From assembly GCA_964187785.1 (NCBI GenBank), contig OZ076409.1, positions 26,786,001-26,850,000 of the forward strand: a stretch of 64,000 nt of DNA. Reading direction: 5' to 3'. Both the position numbers and the translations under genes were made by a program. This document shows positions 12,474-24,864 of the stretch, one piece after another. The stretch is from Amphiscolops sp. MND2022 (Eukaryota). The notes under the pieces were generated by a model. The model was not told where the DNA came from, did not search any database, and worked only from the letters and a program-made list of their open reading frames with translations. The stretch's first letter is position 1. Each line of letters opens with the position of its first letter.

Positions 12474-15400
12474 TAGAATTGCCACGCCTTTGCAAAAAAC
12501 CACTACAAAAATTAGGCCCTGCAGATGTCTGGCAGCATCAGCCGAGCCCAAAACCTACAAAAATCATAAACAATAAAAATGATTCAACAACACAAGAAAC
12601 TCAACCTGAAGATATATATGAACTCTTACATGACGCACCAGACAACTATTTTACACAACAACCAACTTGTCCCACAACTGACTTAACCCCAGAATCCCCA
12701 CAATCACCAAAAAATTATGTCCTAATTAAAACTTCTGGCAATGATGAAAAACAACCTCTTCTCAATGAAGACCTCACCAAACACATACAATTTCACAAGG
12801 AACGAAATTTGTCATATCTTCCGATCTCAACCTCCTTGACATTAAAACGAAAACGCCATATGTACTATATCCCAATGGACTTCGAAAAGCTTACACTTGA
12901 TGGTCTTATTGATACCGGAGCCCTTACAAGTGCGATCTCCGAACAAGATCTTAATAAAATAAAGTTGTTAGCAAATGAAGCACTTAAAGAAACTGGTCCC
13001 CCACCAAACTTCCAAATCATGGTGGCCAATGGACAACTAGAAGTTCCCATTGGTACGGTACTACTGGAATTCGAAGTGGCTGATTTCATGCTAAAAGAAA
13101 ATTTCATCATCATGAAAAATCTACCGAACCCACTGATAGGATTGTGCTTCCTCCGCAGAAACAATGCAATTTTTGATGTCAACCAAAGCATCTTAACATT
13201 TCCCTATCTGTCAATGCAACTTCAACCCGATACCCAAACAGCAATACGCCAAGCAACACCATTATTTGCCGAAAACACCTATACCTTACAACCAGGCGAA
13301 GCCCTTGCAATAGCAAGCAGAATGCCTCACCTAATGGACCATAATGCCACTGGCATAGTTACCCCATCACAACAATACGAAAATCATGATAGCATTTTCA
13401 TTACTGCATCACTCAGCACTGTTAACAACAATGCTATCGGTTATCAAATTATCAACTTTTCAGAATTACCCCATACAATCACAATGGATACCCATTTAGC
13501 AGATTTTAAGATACTAACCCCAGAGCAAATCAAGCATATACAACCAGTTGATCCAGCGTTACTATCGTTCATGATACAATACGAGGAAACAACTGAAGTC
13601 CACATAAATGAACTCCTTAAAGTACCACAACAACATTCAGACCAAGAAACATACTGGTTCCCTACATCTGAAGAACGAGGCGACCCTACAACATACACCC
13701 CAATTCAGCAACGTATATATAATGAACTTCTCGAACTCGAAGAACTCGAGAAACTAAACCCACATGATAGTGAAACCTCCAGAACAGCATTTCTCTCACA
13801 CTTTGATTGGTCTGACACAACACTCAGCTCAGATGAACGCAAAGCAATTGAAGAAATCCTCATTGAGTTTCACGATATTTTTGCCAGACATCGTTTTGAT
13901 ATTGGCATAAATCGTGAATTCAAAGTAAAACTCACACCCAACGATGACAGACCTGCTTATAGCCAAAGTCTACCGACTCCAATTAACCTCAAAGATGATA
14001 TCACTGTGGAACTCGCACTTCTACACAAGTATGGCATCATAACAACTCTACCCTTCTCAAAATACGCAAGCCCAATCTTTGCACAACGCAAACCTAACGG
14101 GCGACTCAGACTTCTAGTCGACCTACGAAAAATCAACAACTTAATCACAGAAGATTACGCCAACAACAACCACCCGGTAAGCACATTATCGGATGCAGCC
14201 CAACATATGGCGGGAAAAAACTTTTCTGTAAACTAGACTGCTCCCAGGCTTACCACTGCCTCCAAATGGCAGATTATCAGTCCATACAGATGCTCGCTTT
14301 TAACTTTGCAAGCAGAACATTCGCATACCGTAGGCTTGCCCAGGGTCTCAGCAGATCCCTTTCAGCATTTTCGAGTTTTATGAGAGACTACCTAGACAAA
14401 GCGATTAAAGCAGACCAATGTGCCCAATATGTCGATGACATAGGCATAGCAGCCAACGACACCAAACAGTTGTGTCTTAACATCAAAACAGTGTTTGAAT
14501 GCATCCGCAATGCAGGATTAAAACTCTCAATGTCTAAATGTCATTTCGGAGTCAAACAAGTCGACTTTCTGGGACGTACAATCACCCCAGATGGAGTCGC
14601 CCCACAATCCGACAAGGTTAAAGACTTCCTCTCAAAGCTTCGTTTTCCTAAATCAAAAAAGGCATTACAAAGGTATATCGGATTTTTGAATTATTACCGA
14701 AACTACATTCCTCGCCTTTCAGAACGTCTAACCCCGTTTTTTAAACTCCTCAAAGAAACTTCCAAGTTCTATGTACCAACAAATTTAGTCGACGACTTCA
14801 CAAGTTTAAACAAACTTCTCGAAAATTCCTGCCAACTGGCACTGAAACAACCACTAAAACACAAACAGCTCATAGTCATGTCTGATGCTAGTTTTACTGC
14901 TGCGGGCTATGCAATCATGACAGAAGATGACCCGAACCAGAAGTTACAATCCAAACGAAAAACCTATGCACCCATAGCGTTTGGATCCAAAACATTCAAT
15001 CCCACACAAACAAAGATGTCAATCTACGCAAAAGAATTCCTTTCCATATACTTCGCATTTGTGGAATTTGGACACCTCATGTGGGGCAACACCTTCCCGG
15101 TAATCGTGTTTATCGACAATCGCTCGGTAACCCGATTCTTTCAAACAAAAATGATTCCTCCAGCACTCTGGAACGCCTGCGATTACGTATTGCAATATAA
15201 TTTTGTCATTGCCCACGTTGCTGGTTCCTTGAATACTGCAGCAGATTTTTTATCCAGAACAGAAGTAAACCCAAAAGAAAAGCTAGAAATGACTATCCGC
15301 AATGACATCTACACAAAGGCAATAGAAGTCCACATCCAATCATCAGGTATCGTAGAAGAAGAACAAATCTACATTCTCCCCGATGATGAAATAGACGAGA

Positions 15401-17334
15401 ATCAACTATGGGAAGAAAAACAAAATGTACGTACACAAGCTCGAAATGAAACCCACAACGAACCAGAAAATGACATCTCTGAACTACAACATTTCCACAA
15501 ACCCACATCGGGTTTGATCTCGGTATCATCAGGATACTTCAGAGACAATGCAAGGATTCGCCTCGAACAAAATAATGACATTGTTCTCAGAAATCTCAGA
15601 GCGAAAATAGAGGGCGAACCCTTTGACGAAAACGATTTAGCATCTGACTATCGATACCACCACTATCTGCAAAACATAACACGGATTGAGATAAAAAAAG
15701 AAGTCCTTACCAGGAAATACTATACGGATACTGGAACAGTATCACATTACCAAATTCTCCTTCCGATTCAACTTGTAGACGAATTCCTCCAAGCCCTACA
15801 TGGTCATAATTCAAACCACCCAGGTATCACGAAAATGATACAAGAAGCAAGACAAAAATATTACTATCCTTGTATGGCAAAGTACATAAAAAAGTGGGTC
15901 AGTAACTGTCAAACCTGCATCCAAACCAAACGTATTAACAATGACCTCCTAAGGACAGAACTCCTTAATTGTCCAGAATGGGATCTAGGTCCGGAAGACA
16001 TCCTACAGATGGATATCCTACCAAACCTCCCTCCGAGCGGAGGATATGATCATATTATCACAGCCATAGATGTCTTCTCGAGGTATTTGTTCGCATATCC
16101 CGTAACTCGTATCACTGCAACAGCAGTATCAAGAGTCGTCATGGATATATTATGCAAACACACCTACCTACCAACGACAATAATCACGGATTTAGGAACC
16201 CAGTTCAACGCACAGGTGACTCAAGAAATTGCAGCAGTACTAGGAATTTAACTTAAACGTGCCACAATGAAACATGCCCAAACAATAGGACTCCTCGAGA
16301 GAACCCATGCCTCAGTGAAAACACATCTGAAAGCTGCAACAGGCGAATTCAGAAATAATTGGCATAAATATCTCCCATTGGCAGTCCTCAACCACAATAC
16401 AACATACCATGCATCACTCGGCTGTGAACCTTCACGAGTTTTCCATGGTAGAATACCACATAATATCCTCGACTACAAACTCGGATATAACCCTAACCCA
16501 CGATACCAACCACAGTCAGATGTGGCAGAAGAAATTCAAAAACGAATGAAAATCCTCTTGGATCAAACTAAGAAGAACATTATGCAATCGTATCTCAAAT
16601 ACAAGGCTTACTATGATCGAAAAGCCAAAGCAGCTCCGCTTGAAACGACGGACTATTGTTACATTCTTAACCCAAAAGCAGATACTCAAGCGACAAAAAT
16701 ACCATTCCGAGAATTCAGATGGTGTGGTCCATATAAAGTAGAAAAAGTACTCCCTAACAATAATTATATTGTCCGGAGACTTGGAACTAACAAAACGCAA
16801 TTACTACACAGGATCCGTTTACGGAAATTCACCCCGCAAGCCCCATTAGCAGACATTTTCGTTCGCGAAACTGATTGGCAAAAAGATGACCAAATGCCTA
16901 TAGCAAATGATGACCTATATGCCCAATCATGGAACACAAATTTTGGGTCTAACCCGTTCGAAGATGGTCCTTCAGAATTCACACAAGACACTGAAGACGT
17001 TGAATATACTCCAATTCAAACACCTGATGATAACCGCCCTCCCTCCCCAGGATCTTCAAAAAATAAGGAGGGGAGCCCAGTGGAACAGACCACTGAACCA
17101 AATCAAGATTACGACAACCATGAAAATGAAATACCACAACACATCAATGAAGATAATCAAAATACCCAAAAAACTTAAGAAAAACCAAATAGTACACCAG
17201 TTGACGATATCCCAAAAACCCCAGAAAATTCACAAAATACCCCATTGCAAGAAGAACCCATAAATACTCGTGGCGAAAAATATAACCTACGCCCCAACCC
17301 CAACCCAAACTTTTCACACTCGTACAGATACTAA
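12467..17334 (+). pseudogene. pol: Pol polyprotein (protease, RT, RNase H, integrase), disrupted
   Basis: LIDTGA protease; RLLVDLRKIN and YVDD RT; IVMSDAS RNase H; HHCC plus D-D-E integrase; terminal YNLRP. Lesions: a frameshift in the A-run at ~14215 and in-frame TAA codons at 16249 and 17176. Confidence 0.95.
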
Positions 17335-17547
17335 AAACAAATCACTGACAAATTTTCCTTTAAACTCGAGGACTTGAAACTCATAATACTATCCTCCTTG
17401 TCAGCATTCCAAAGAAATTGCAATAAATACATACAAACGAAGATAACGTAAATCAAGTTTATAAAACGAGTTAACAGAGTCTGAAAGTTCAAAATTGCAT
17501 CAATCCTTCTTTTCTCTGGTCTTCTTGACTTTTCCCTTCCTACCTTT

Positions 17548-20500
17548 TTATACTCCGGGCTCCATCAGTGTAGCAGGAGTCACTTTAATAGGCATTAGTT
17601 TGGGAGACAGCCCAGATCCAGGTGAACTAGTGGTGCTCGACGAATGACTTACACTGGGTGTAGTAGCTTCCAGAAATATAGGCAAACCTTCACTCAGCAG
17701 CACAGACCTCTTGTAAGCCGCCTCGAATTTCTCTAACATAGATGACATCCGGACCCCACTTCCACGCAAAAAACTCCAGATGGAAAACTTCTTGTCGTTG
17801 ATTAATTCACGTCCTCGCCCAAGCAATCGGAAGATTCTTCCCACCGATTTAGAGTCTCCATACAGACTAGAGACGTTAGGCACAGTGACATAAGATAACT
17901 GCAAGCTCCTAACCACTGATTCAAAGGCATCATGGTCAAATTTTAACTCTGGAATAGAAACCTCGAATTTGGCAGGGATTGTGATCACAGGCGGTAGACA
18001 CAAGCAAGCAACACGAAATACACGTGATAGCTCAGTCCGACTCTGCATCTCATAATGAGAACCTAAGTACAAAACCCAATCACATCGGGGGACATTGTCG
18101 TTAGCTCGTAATTTAGTAACAAAGGAGCGGTACTGGCTCACTGCCTTGGTCTTGTCCCCTGCTGAAATTACACCTGTAGAGACGAAGTAACTTGTAAGAT
18201 CCTCAATAGCAATGGTATAATTTTGTTCCGAACCATCCAGAATAACAGCATGGTCAAAACAAGAAAGTCCTCGAAGCAGTGTTGACTTTAAAATATCATG
18301 GGACAACAATATACTGCAAAATGACTTGCAGAAAGCCATGGATTGTTCAACAAATCGACTAGGACGAGGCAGCCGACTGGAGGTAACGAGATAGTGGAAA
18401 TCAGGATTAAGAGCAAACTCAGCTGGAGTTTTCAGAGGTAATTCAGTGCCCGACAAATCGATCTTCAAATATGAATCCCAATTCGAATTGTCTCCAAGGA
18501 AACTGTCCGGTAGCAAGTTTTGTAACTGACTATACACAAAGACGGTGAATTGGTTGAAAATCCTGAAACCTTGATTCATTTCTCCTTGTACCTCGGCGAA
18601 CGCGAAGTTGTCTGAAACAAACTTATGAATACAGCTATACAATTTTTAGCATGAAATATAGAAGTGTGTACACTTCACTATACCGTTCAAAAACTTCAAC
18701 TATGAGGTGTTACGCGAAAATCCTAGCTATTTACTCGGTATCCCCGCAAAAAATCTCAGAAATATATACCGCAAAATGCGAGATGTTGCCATTGTGTATA
18801 CGGTAATACACAAATTTTTTGTGATTCCATTCTCACAACGTTTCAAATTTGTTTATGCGCAACCATACGGAAAAGGCTAGTTCTTATGCGCCAATATGCG
18901 TGTTTTCCGTGTCATTCAACAAGCAATTACAATAGCATTATCACAAGACAATTAAGCGTCACCAAGCGAATTAGAGAAGAATGCATATACGTAGTTCTAC
19001 GGAACTCAAACCCTCACCATTCGTTAACATACGGAACTTGGAATCTGATTATGCGGCGCTGTGCGGAACTTGGAATCTGATTATGCGGCGCTGTGCGGAA
19101 CTTGGAATCTGATTATGCGGCGCTGTGCGGAACTTGGAATCTGATTATGCGGCGCTGTGCGGAATTTGTATTCTGGTTACGCAGTATTATCCGGAATTTG
19201 AATTCTATATATGCAGTACTACGCGGAATTCGAAATACAGTCGTACGCTACTATGCGGAATTCGAACTACAGTCGTACGCTACTATGCGGAATGAAATGG
19301 AGAGTATATAAAGTTGTGCAAAATTCAGATTTGAGCTGGACGGCGTAATGAAAGACATGACATGACGTATATGCGCTGAAGTACGGAATTTAGAAACCCG
19401 AGAGTGAAACATGTAGATCCCAATATGGAATTAAAAACCACACGTATTTGGGCTACGGAACTAACTTGCGACCTTCGCGACAGAGGAAGACTTTACGAAT
19501 AGATACCAGGGTTTACAAAACAAACAAGATAGTCTTAAATACAAATCATGGAAAGCATTTGAAAAATAAGAGGGAAATAAAAGTTCACTAACAGTGATCA
19601 ATGGCACATCAGATTACGAATAAACGCGCTAAGTACGCGGTGTCCAATCGGAAACACTCATCTAGGGAAGTAGGCTATAACACAAACGAAAAGTAACCTA
19701 TTTGGAAGACGTTTTTCGGAAGTGGGTGTGAAATTTCAACACTTACTTTTCTCATGTGAAATCGGTATTCCGGCATTCGTGACACCTGTGCCAGGTGGTC
19801 CTTGATTCTGTCCCAATTAGTGGAAAAACATTCAATCAAAGCAGATGCTTCAGCCAGGTTGTACTCCAGAGTTAATATGGACTGAAAAAAGAAATTGGTC
19901 AACGACACTCATGGCTTGTTTTGTGTTAGAAACTCGGAAGTAAAACACTACCTTGTGAAGGACAGGCAGTGAATGGACCCAATCCCGATCGAGTGCAGTG
20001 CGTAATTTTAGGAGCAGGTAATCGATAATTGTTCGGAAATCGTGACGCTCAATTATTTTGGCAGTTGGGGTAGCCAAACACTTTTCAAACTCAGCAGGAC
20101 TAAAGCTGTTGACAATGCTGGGTTTCGGATCACAATTCAGTACAGAGATTAAACAACTGCTAAGCTTCTCTTCCATATCAACCAAACAAATGCAATTGGG
20201 TGGAGACTCAAATAAACTCAAGAGAGAAGATATCAAGATGAGAATTTTCTTAGGGACTAGCACGCCCCGAGGACCTGTCCCAATACAAACTCGCTGGAAA
20301 ATGTTCCCAGACCAAAAGGATAAGAAGAGGAAAGAGTGGGTCGGGGATCGTTGCAGGACTAGCGAGTAATTTTCAGAAGAAGTAATGTGGGTAATGCAAT
20401 AACTGATGAGTCCACGGAACATATATACCAGCATTCCCTGAAACATAGGCTAGTGGTCAATTTTTGATCATAGTTAGAAGGGGTGAATGTGCAAAAGATG

Positions 20501-22237
20501 AGGTTTAGTTACTATATGTAAATTGCAAAATGTAGTAAATACTTACGAAGATTCGTGAGCTCTCCCAAATGAAGGGCTGGAAATCACTGGTCGTAGAAGT
20601 ATGTTGCAAAATCTCGTCGTGAATTCCGATTAGACTAGCAAGGGGTCCTCCATGTTTCAACCCAAATTCCAAAACCCGCAATTGAGCCAACACAATCTCG
20701 ACCGGACTGGAGTCACCTTTTATGTCTGGTAGCCTGTCTTGCCCCACAAGCAACCTTCGAGGACCAAGTTGGGGTGGTATTGGGTAAGTGTCCTTAGCTG
20801 TCCTTTTTGCTTCTTGTAAAGCAATACCTTGCAACTCTACCTCTTCACGGTCATAAAGGGCCAAACCTGGTGTTTCCATCCGGATTCTATGTTCTTTTAC
20901 GAGATGGGATTCTGTCTTGTAGTGCGATATCATTTCCAAGGGTCCTCGGCTCATTAGGGATAATTCAAGTTTGCACACCCTACACCACCATTTGTAAGGG
21001 GTTTTTTCTTTGTCAATCGGCCCAGTTGCAGAAAATTTCAATACTGGGTGTTTTCTGAACATACTTTCAGTCAAGCAATACCGAGGCCTTGGTCGCTTGG
21101 CTGGTCTCAGAGGATTTTCTTCGGGATCAAATTCGGTTGTGTTCCCCCGCTCAAGGGCGCCTCGATCGGTACTAGTTGGGCAATGTGGAGAGAGTTCTGT
21201 GCTGGGTCCAGGTGGATTTTCAACGACTGAGACAGTAAGACCGGGGGACAGAACGTTTTCCCCTGACAAGAATGATTGGGGAATGCGACTCAACACGTTG
21301 GTTAAAGCTATGACCTCATTTCGAGTAATGCTGATGCTGGCATTGGTCACTGGTGGTGAGGAAGTATTGAGCTCCGCCGACAAAGATTGAGGAGCTTGGA
21401 AAATCTCGTTTGTGTCCCCCATAAGAGTAGTTTGTCCCATCGGTAAATGGTCGCTGATAAATGAGTCAATTCGTTGATCCACAGGTAAGTACTGTGAAAA
21501 TCGGGGGGAATTAGTCCGTGATGAAATAGCAGCAGCAAGACTATCCATGAGTTGAGAAGTGAATGTATCCTGTAAGGCAGAAGTGGAAGCAATAGGAGGT
21601 GTAGCGCTTTGGGTTTCGTGAGGCTGTTCGCCCGCTTCAGGATTTTCCTCAGAATTTTCAGGAAGAACACTGCATTCTTGGGTTCCGAAGGGGTTCTGTG
21701 TGTCCACAACGGCTTCTTGTTCTACTCCTTCTTGTGCAGGGCGGACAAGAGTTGGAGGTGGGATGCTGTATACGGAAGGCTCAGACTGATTAGGCGAAAC
21801 AACTTGGAGGGGAGCATAAACCTTCTCAGGAGACGGCTGAGGCGATTTCTCCACGATCGCGAGTTTACCTAAAATGATTGGTTTATAAATCCAAACAGAC
21901 AAATTGAAATTTTTGACTTAGATCTGCTGTGGAAACCTTTTTACCGGACGCGGTGATTTGAATAGAAAAAGCGGAAGTCAAACTAATTTGAGACCGGAAG
22001 TAGAAATATTTCCAAGACAAAATTCTGATCTGAGTATTCTCTTGATCGCAAAATCGGTGAATTCATAGTCCGGCCAACTATGTTATTCTTAACAAATTCG
22101 AAACTGGAAGAAATGAACCAAGACAAAAGTTCAAACTCACCTGGAGAATCAGCTGTCGGGGACTTGTATCCCCAAGATCGGGTCCTCATTCTGGAAACGA
22201 ACTCCTGGGAAAGACTCCGTCCTCTATTGTCACTCAT
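17548..22237 (-). CDS. Antisense spliced accessory gene: hAT-transposase-derived protein with a BED-like zinc finger
   Basis: Predicted exons 22237-22141, 21868-20547, 20437-19952, 19881-19747, unresolved small exon(s) at ~19675-19465, and a last exon at ~18611-17548. The first three joins are phase-compatible GT-AG introns. Motifs: KWWCRVCK...SHYKTESH, and LLRGLSCFD...AVSQYRSF...ELSRVFRVACLCL. Confidence 0.72.
19000..19290. repeat. 32-bp minisatellite inside the predicted intron of the antisense gene
   Basis: Four perfect copies of CGGAACTTGGAATCTGATTATGCGGCGCTGTG (19032-19159), with in-phase degenerate units at 19000, 19160, 19192, 19224 and 19256. Confidence 0.95.
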
Positions 22238-22559
22238 GATGCTGAATTGGAAACCCTCAGTGATCTCCAATGACCCAATTAATAATTTAATGGAATGAGG
22301 TTTGGAGGACAAACTGAATAGACTAATAAAAGGACTAGAGTAGAATTTTATAAAAGTATAAATGTGTATTAAAACTGACAAAACCAATATAGGAAGGCGT
22401 GGCGATCTAAACGAAAGGCAAAGAGCAAATGCGCTCAGAAATTGTACTGGAATTGGTAGTACGCTCTAATATGATTGGCCAATTAGAATGTCAGTCACTT
22501 CTGCCAGAGTGTCCGATTACGTAATTGGCATATTAACAACACATGTGAAAGCAAAAGTA

Positions 22560-22980
22560 AATAGACCTGCGGTAATATACAAACTTACTACATACGCTAA
22601 TACGGTGATCTGCAAAATACCAGCATTCAATGTACAGCAACATGCGAACTTTGGATTGCAATTATGCGCAATTATGCGGATTCACAAATGGACAATATAC
22701 AGCAACATGCGGACTTTAGATTGCAATCACACGCAATTATGCGGATTCACAAATGGACAATATACAGCAACATACGTTTTTCAGATTACAACTATGCGTA
22801 ACTATGCGGATTTACGGATGAACAATATGCTGCAAAATGCGGATTTGCAGTTGCAATTATACGTAAATACACAAATTTACAGATGAGCAATATGCGGCTG
22901 CACATGTACTTGTGACTTACAAACATACGGCAATATGCGGAAATATGATTGTAGTCTATGCGTCAATATGCGGAATAAAG
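22560..22980. repeat. Degenerate 32-bp repeat array with a 64-bp higher-order period, between the divergent accessory genes
   Basis: TATGCG-CAAT-TATGCG units. The block GCAATTATGCGGATTCACAAATGGACAATATACAGCAACAT is duplicated 64 bp apart. Confidence 0.8.
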
Positions 22981-23835
22981 AGAAAAAGAGCACGTGCTGG
23001 TATGCAGTATGAAAGCGAAGAAGAATTGAATGACACGTAATCATTTGAGGAATTAAAACAAACAACTTCACTCTGACGATCGAATGAGTCATGGCCAGCA
23101 CGCGGTAGCATGCGGATCCTAGTATTGATGTATAAGCAGTCTTAAGTACTTTGGAAGAAAGAGATTGTGGGACGGCGTCCGAAGCAATATACACAGAGAT
23201 GCATATTAAAATGCATTGAGTCAACCCGAATGGATAGACCTCTACCAATCTACCTCGTTGTGAGAGGCTATCACAGGTACCTATCTTAAAAGTTTGTGCC
23301 TTTTCAAAACGCGGGACATCGAATGATATACTATGTCGCGATCATGTGATCTTTAAAAAAAAACTTGGTAAAACATTTAAACATTCATGCAATATGTTCA
23401 GCCTTGATATGAGTTTCATTGACGCTTCTAAATAAAATTATATTGAGCAGTTAATTCATTCATTTTTTGTGGCATCCTAGGTGAAGATATTTGTTTACAT
23501 CATATTTAAATGTAACTGAAACAAAACTAGAAAGATCAAAAGGAAACTGCCGTTGAAAGATATGACAAACGAAGTCACACTCATTTTGTTTATTTACATA
23601 TGTGGAAGAAACCAAAACCTAACCCCTCTTTCATACGGTGACCCGCCACCTACATCCCATATAAGGTGTTGCTAGACTCACGAAATCATGACACCCAATT
23701 TTTTGGCGGGGTTCCGTCTAAATCAAGTCAAACTGAAAAGAAGATTCACCATATGGTCTTTACAATTTCATAAATCAGTCGCCTTGTAAAACTTTTGAAA
23801 ACCTGAAAAGCTAAATAGTTCTCCGCAAATCAAAA

Positions 23836-24864
23836 ATGAACAAGCTTCAATTCGACATCGATGAAGACTCACTATACTCCCCTATCTCCCCTGATGTGGT
23901 GGACATCTCGAGCGGGTCAGAAGGTGAGTTCTCCATTGCCCCCGGAGACGTGACCCAACTCAACGATAGATTCCGTATAGACACAACTGGGAGCAATTTA
24001 ATGTCAGCATTTATGGGAGCGGCAACAGCCACTTTGTACCCTGATACAGAAATGTCGCCAAGACAGGACCCAGCAACGATCGCATCTGGAACTCAGTTGG
24101 AGAGAGAACTTATGGACCTAATTGAAGTCCCTCAGAACGGACTAATGGAATCTCCAGGTTCGTTTGAAGACAGCGAGTTTGAGGAGGGGAATCTCTTCCC
24201 ATGGACCATGGGCGTTGGCCCCGAAAGAACTACAAACAACTATGGTCGTCCCGCCGCAAGGGTCCTCCCTACTCTGAGGACAAATTCCAGCGACAGTGGG
24301 ATCTTACCCCGTCCAATCCCGATCTTTCCGCCAAATTACAGGCAAGAACAAACAGGCTTTCAACAACGAACAACAAGGGAGCCAATGGAACAAGAGGTAC
24401 GAAATAATACAATCCCACAACAAAGAACAACGCGAGAAAACTTCACAGGGTTTAATTTATCCCCAATGCTGTTCCCCCTCAACATTAGTGGATTAGACAG
24501 CGGAACTCAGCCTTTGGAACAGTTGATGCAACCCACTGTTCAACTGGGGTTTCCGTTCAACACGACCCACAGCACGAACTCACTCCTAATTCCGGCCCAA
24601 GAAAGACATAGCATCCGGTTGATACCCACTGTTATGGCCAACGTCGCAGGATATTGTGAACTCTGCGGAAAATGCTATGATCAAAGCGCTCTGGAGACTC
24701 TGGGAGAGTATCTGGTTGCAACGGAGTACGAGGGTGAAACAGTCAAGGAAAGGACAATCAGATCAAGGGCATTCATCCACGGGTTCGAAGCAGCATTGTT
24801 CCTTTTTAAAAATGCGGGACTGTCGCATCCACCAAGATGCGATGGTTCCGTAGTGCAGCAGTGA
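23836..24864 (+). CDS. Accessory sense ORF (342 aa) of unknown function: acidic, disordered N-terminus and a C-terminal CxxC helical domain
   Basis: Intact ORF with ATG in an AAAAATG context. It reads through the PPT and stops 44 nt inside the 3' LTR; AATAAA follows at 24890. Confidence 0.7.
   Translation: MNKLQFDIDEDSLYSPISPDVVDISSGSEGEFSIAPGDVTQLNDRFRIDTTGSNLMSAFMGAATATLYPDTEMSPRQDPATIASGTQLERELMDLIEVPQNGLMESPGSFEDSEFEEGNLFPWTMGVGPERTTNNYGRPAARVLPTLRTNSSDSGILPRPIPIFPPNYRQEQTGFQQRTTREPMEQEVRNNTIPQQRTTRENFTGFNLSPMLFPLNISGLDSGTQPLEQLMQPTVQLGFPFNTTHSTNSLLIPAQERHSIRLIPTVMANVAGYCELCGKCYDQSALETLGEYLVATEYEGETVKERTIRSRAFIHGFEAALFLFKNAGLSHPPRCDGSVVQQ
24808..24820 (+). other. Degenerate polypurine tract
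   Basis: AAAAATGCGGGAC lies immediately before the 3' LTR TG and overlaps the coding sequence of ORF 23836-24864. Confidence 0.5.

Larger units (their letters stand above)
10792..12476 (+). pseudogene. gag: Gag (frameshifted at ~12167) with two CCHC zinc knuckles; the N-terminal ~190 codons lie inside the LTR
   Basis: Retrotransposon capsid-like region (FNGKNEKNEKFEYFEDLF...LRGLALKTF). Restoring one base gives C-x2-C-x4-H-x4-C (QCRCCKEAGHMMADC), followed by CENCNTPGHEEENC. The ORF is open from ATG 10621; ATG 10792 (MGNKRS) is the more plausible start. Confidence 0.88.

Noticed and set aside
10792..17334. Currently autonomous element
   Set aside because: Two frameshifts (~12167, ~14215) and two nonsense codons (16249, 17176) disable this copy, unless the indels are sequencing errors.
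19000..19290. CRISPR-like array
   Set aside because: The units are contiguous 32-mers without unique spacers, there are no cas genes, and the context is eukaryotic. It is a minisatellite.
17548..22400. Independent nested hAT transposon insertion
   Set aside because: No TIRs or 8-bp TSD were found, catalytic motifs appear absent, and its intron shares the 32-bp motif with the LTR. Not fully excluded without other copies.
18886..23248. ORFs 18886-19080, 19093-19311, 22488-22886 and 22877-23248
   Set aside because: They mostly overlap the tandem motif arrays, have no recognisable protein features, and are best explained as by-products.
23836..24864. env gene
   Set aside because: No signal peptide, transmembrane helix or fusion-protein features, despite the env-like position.
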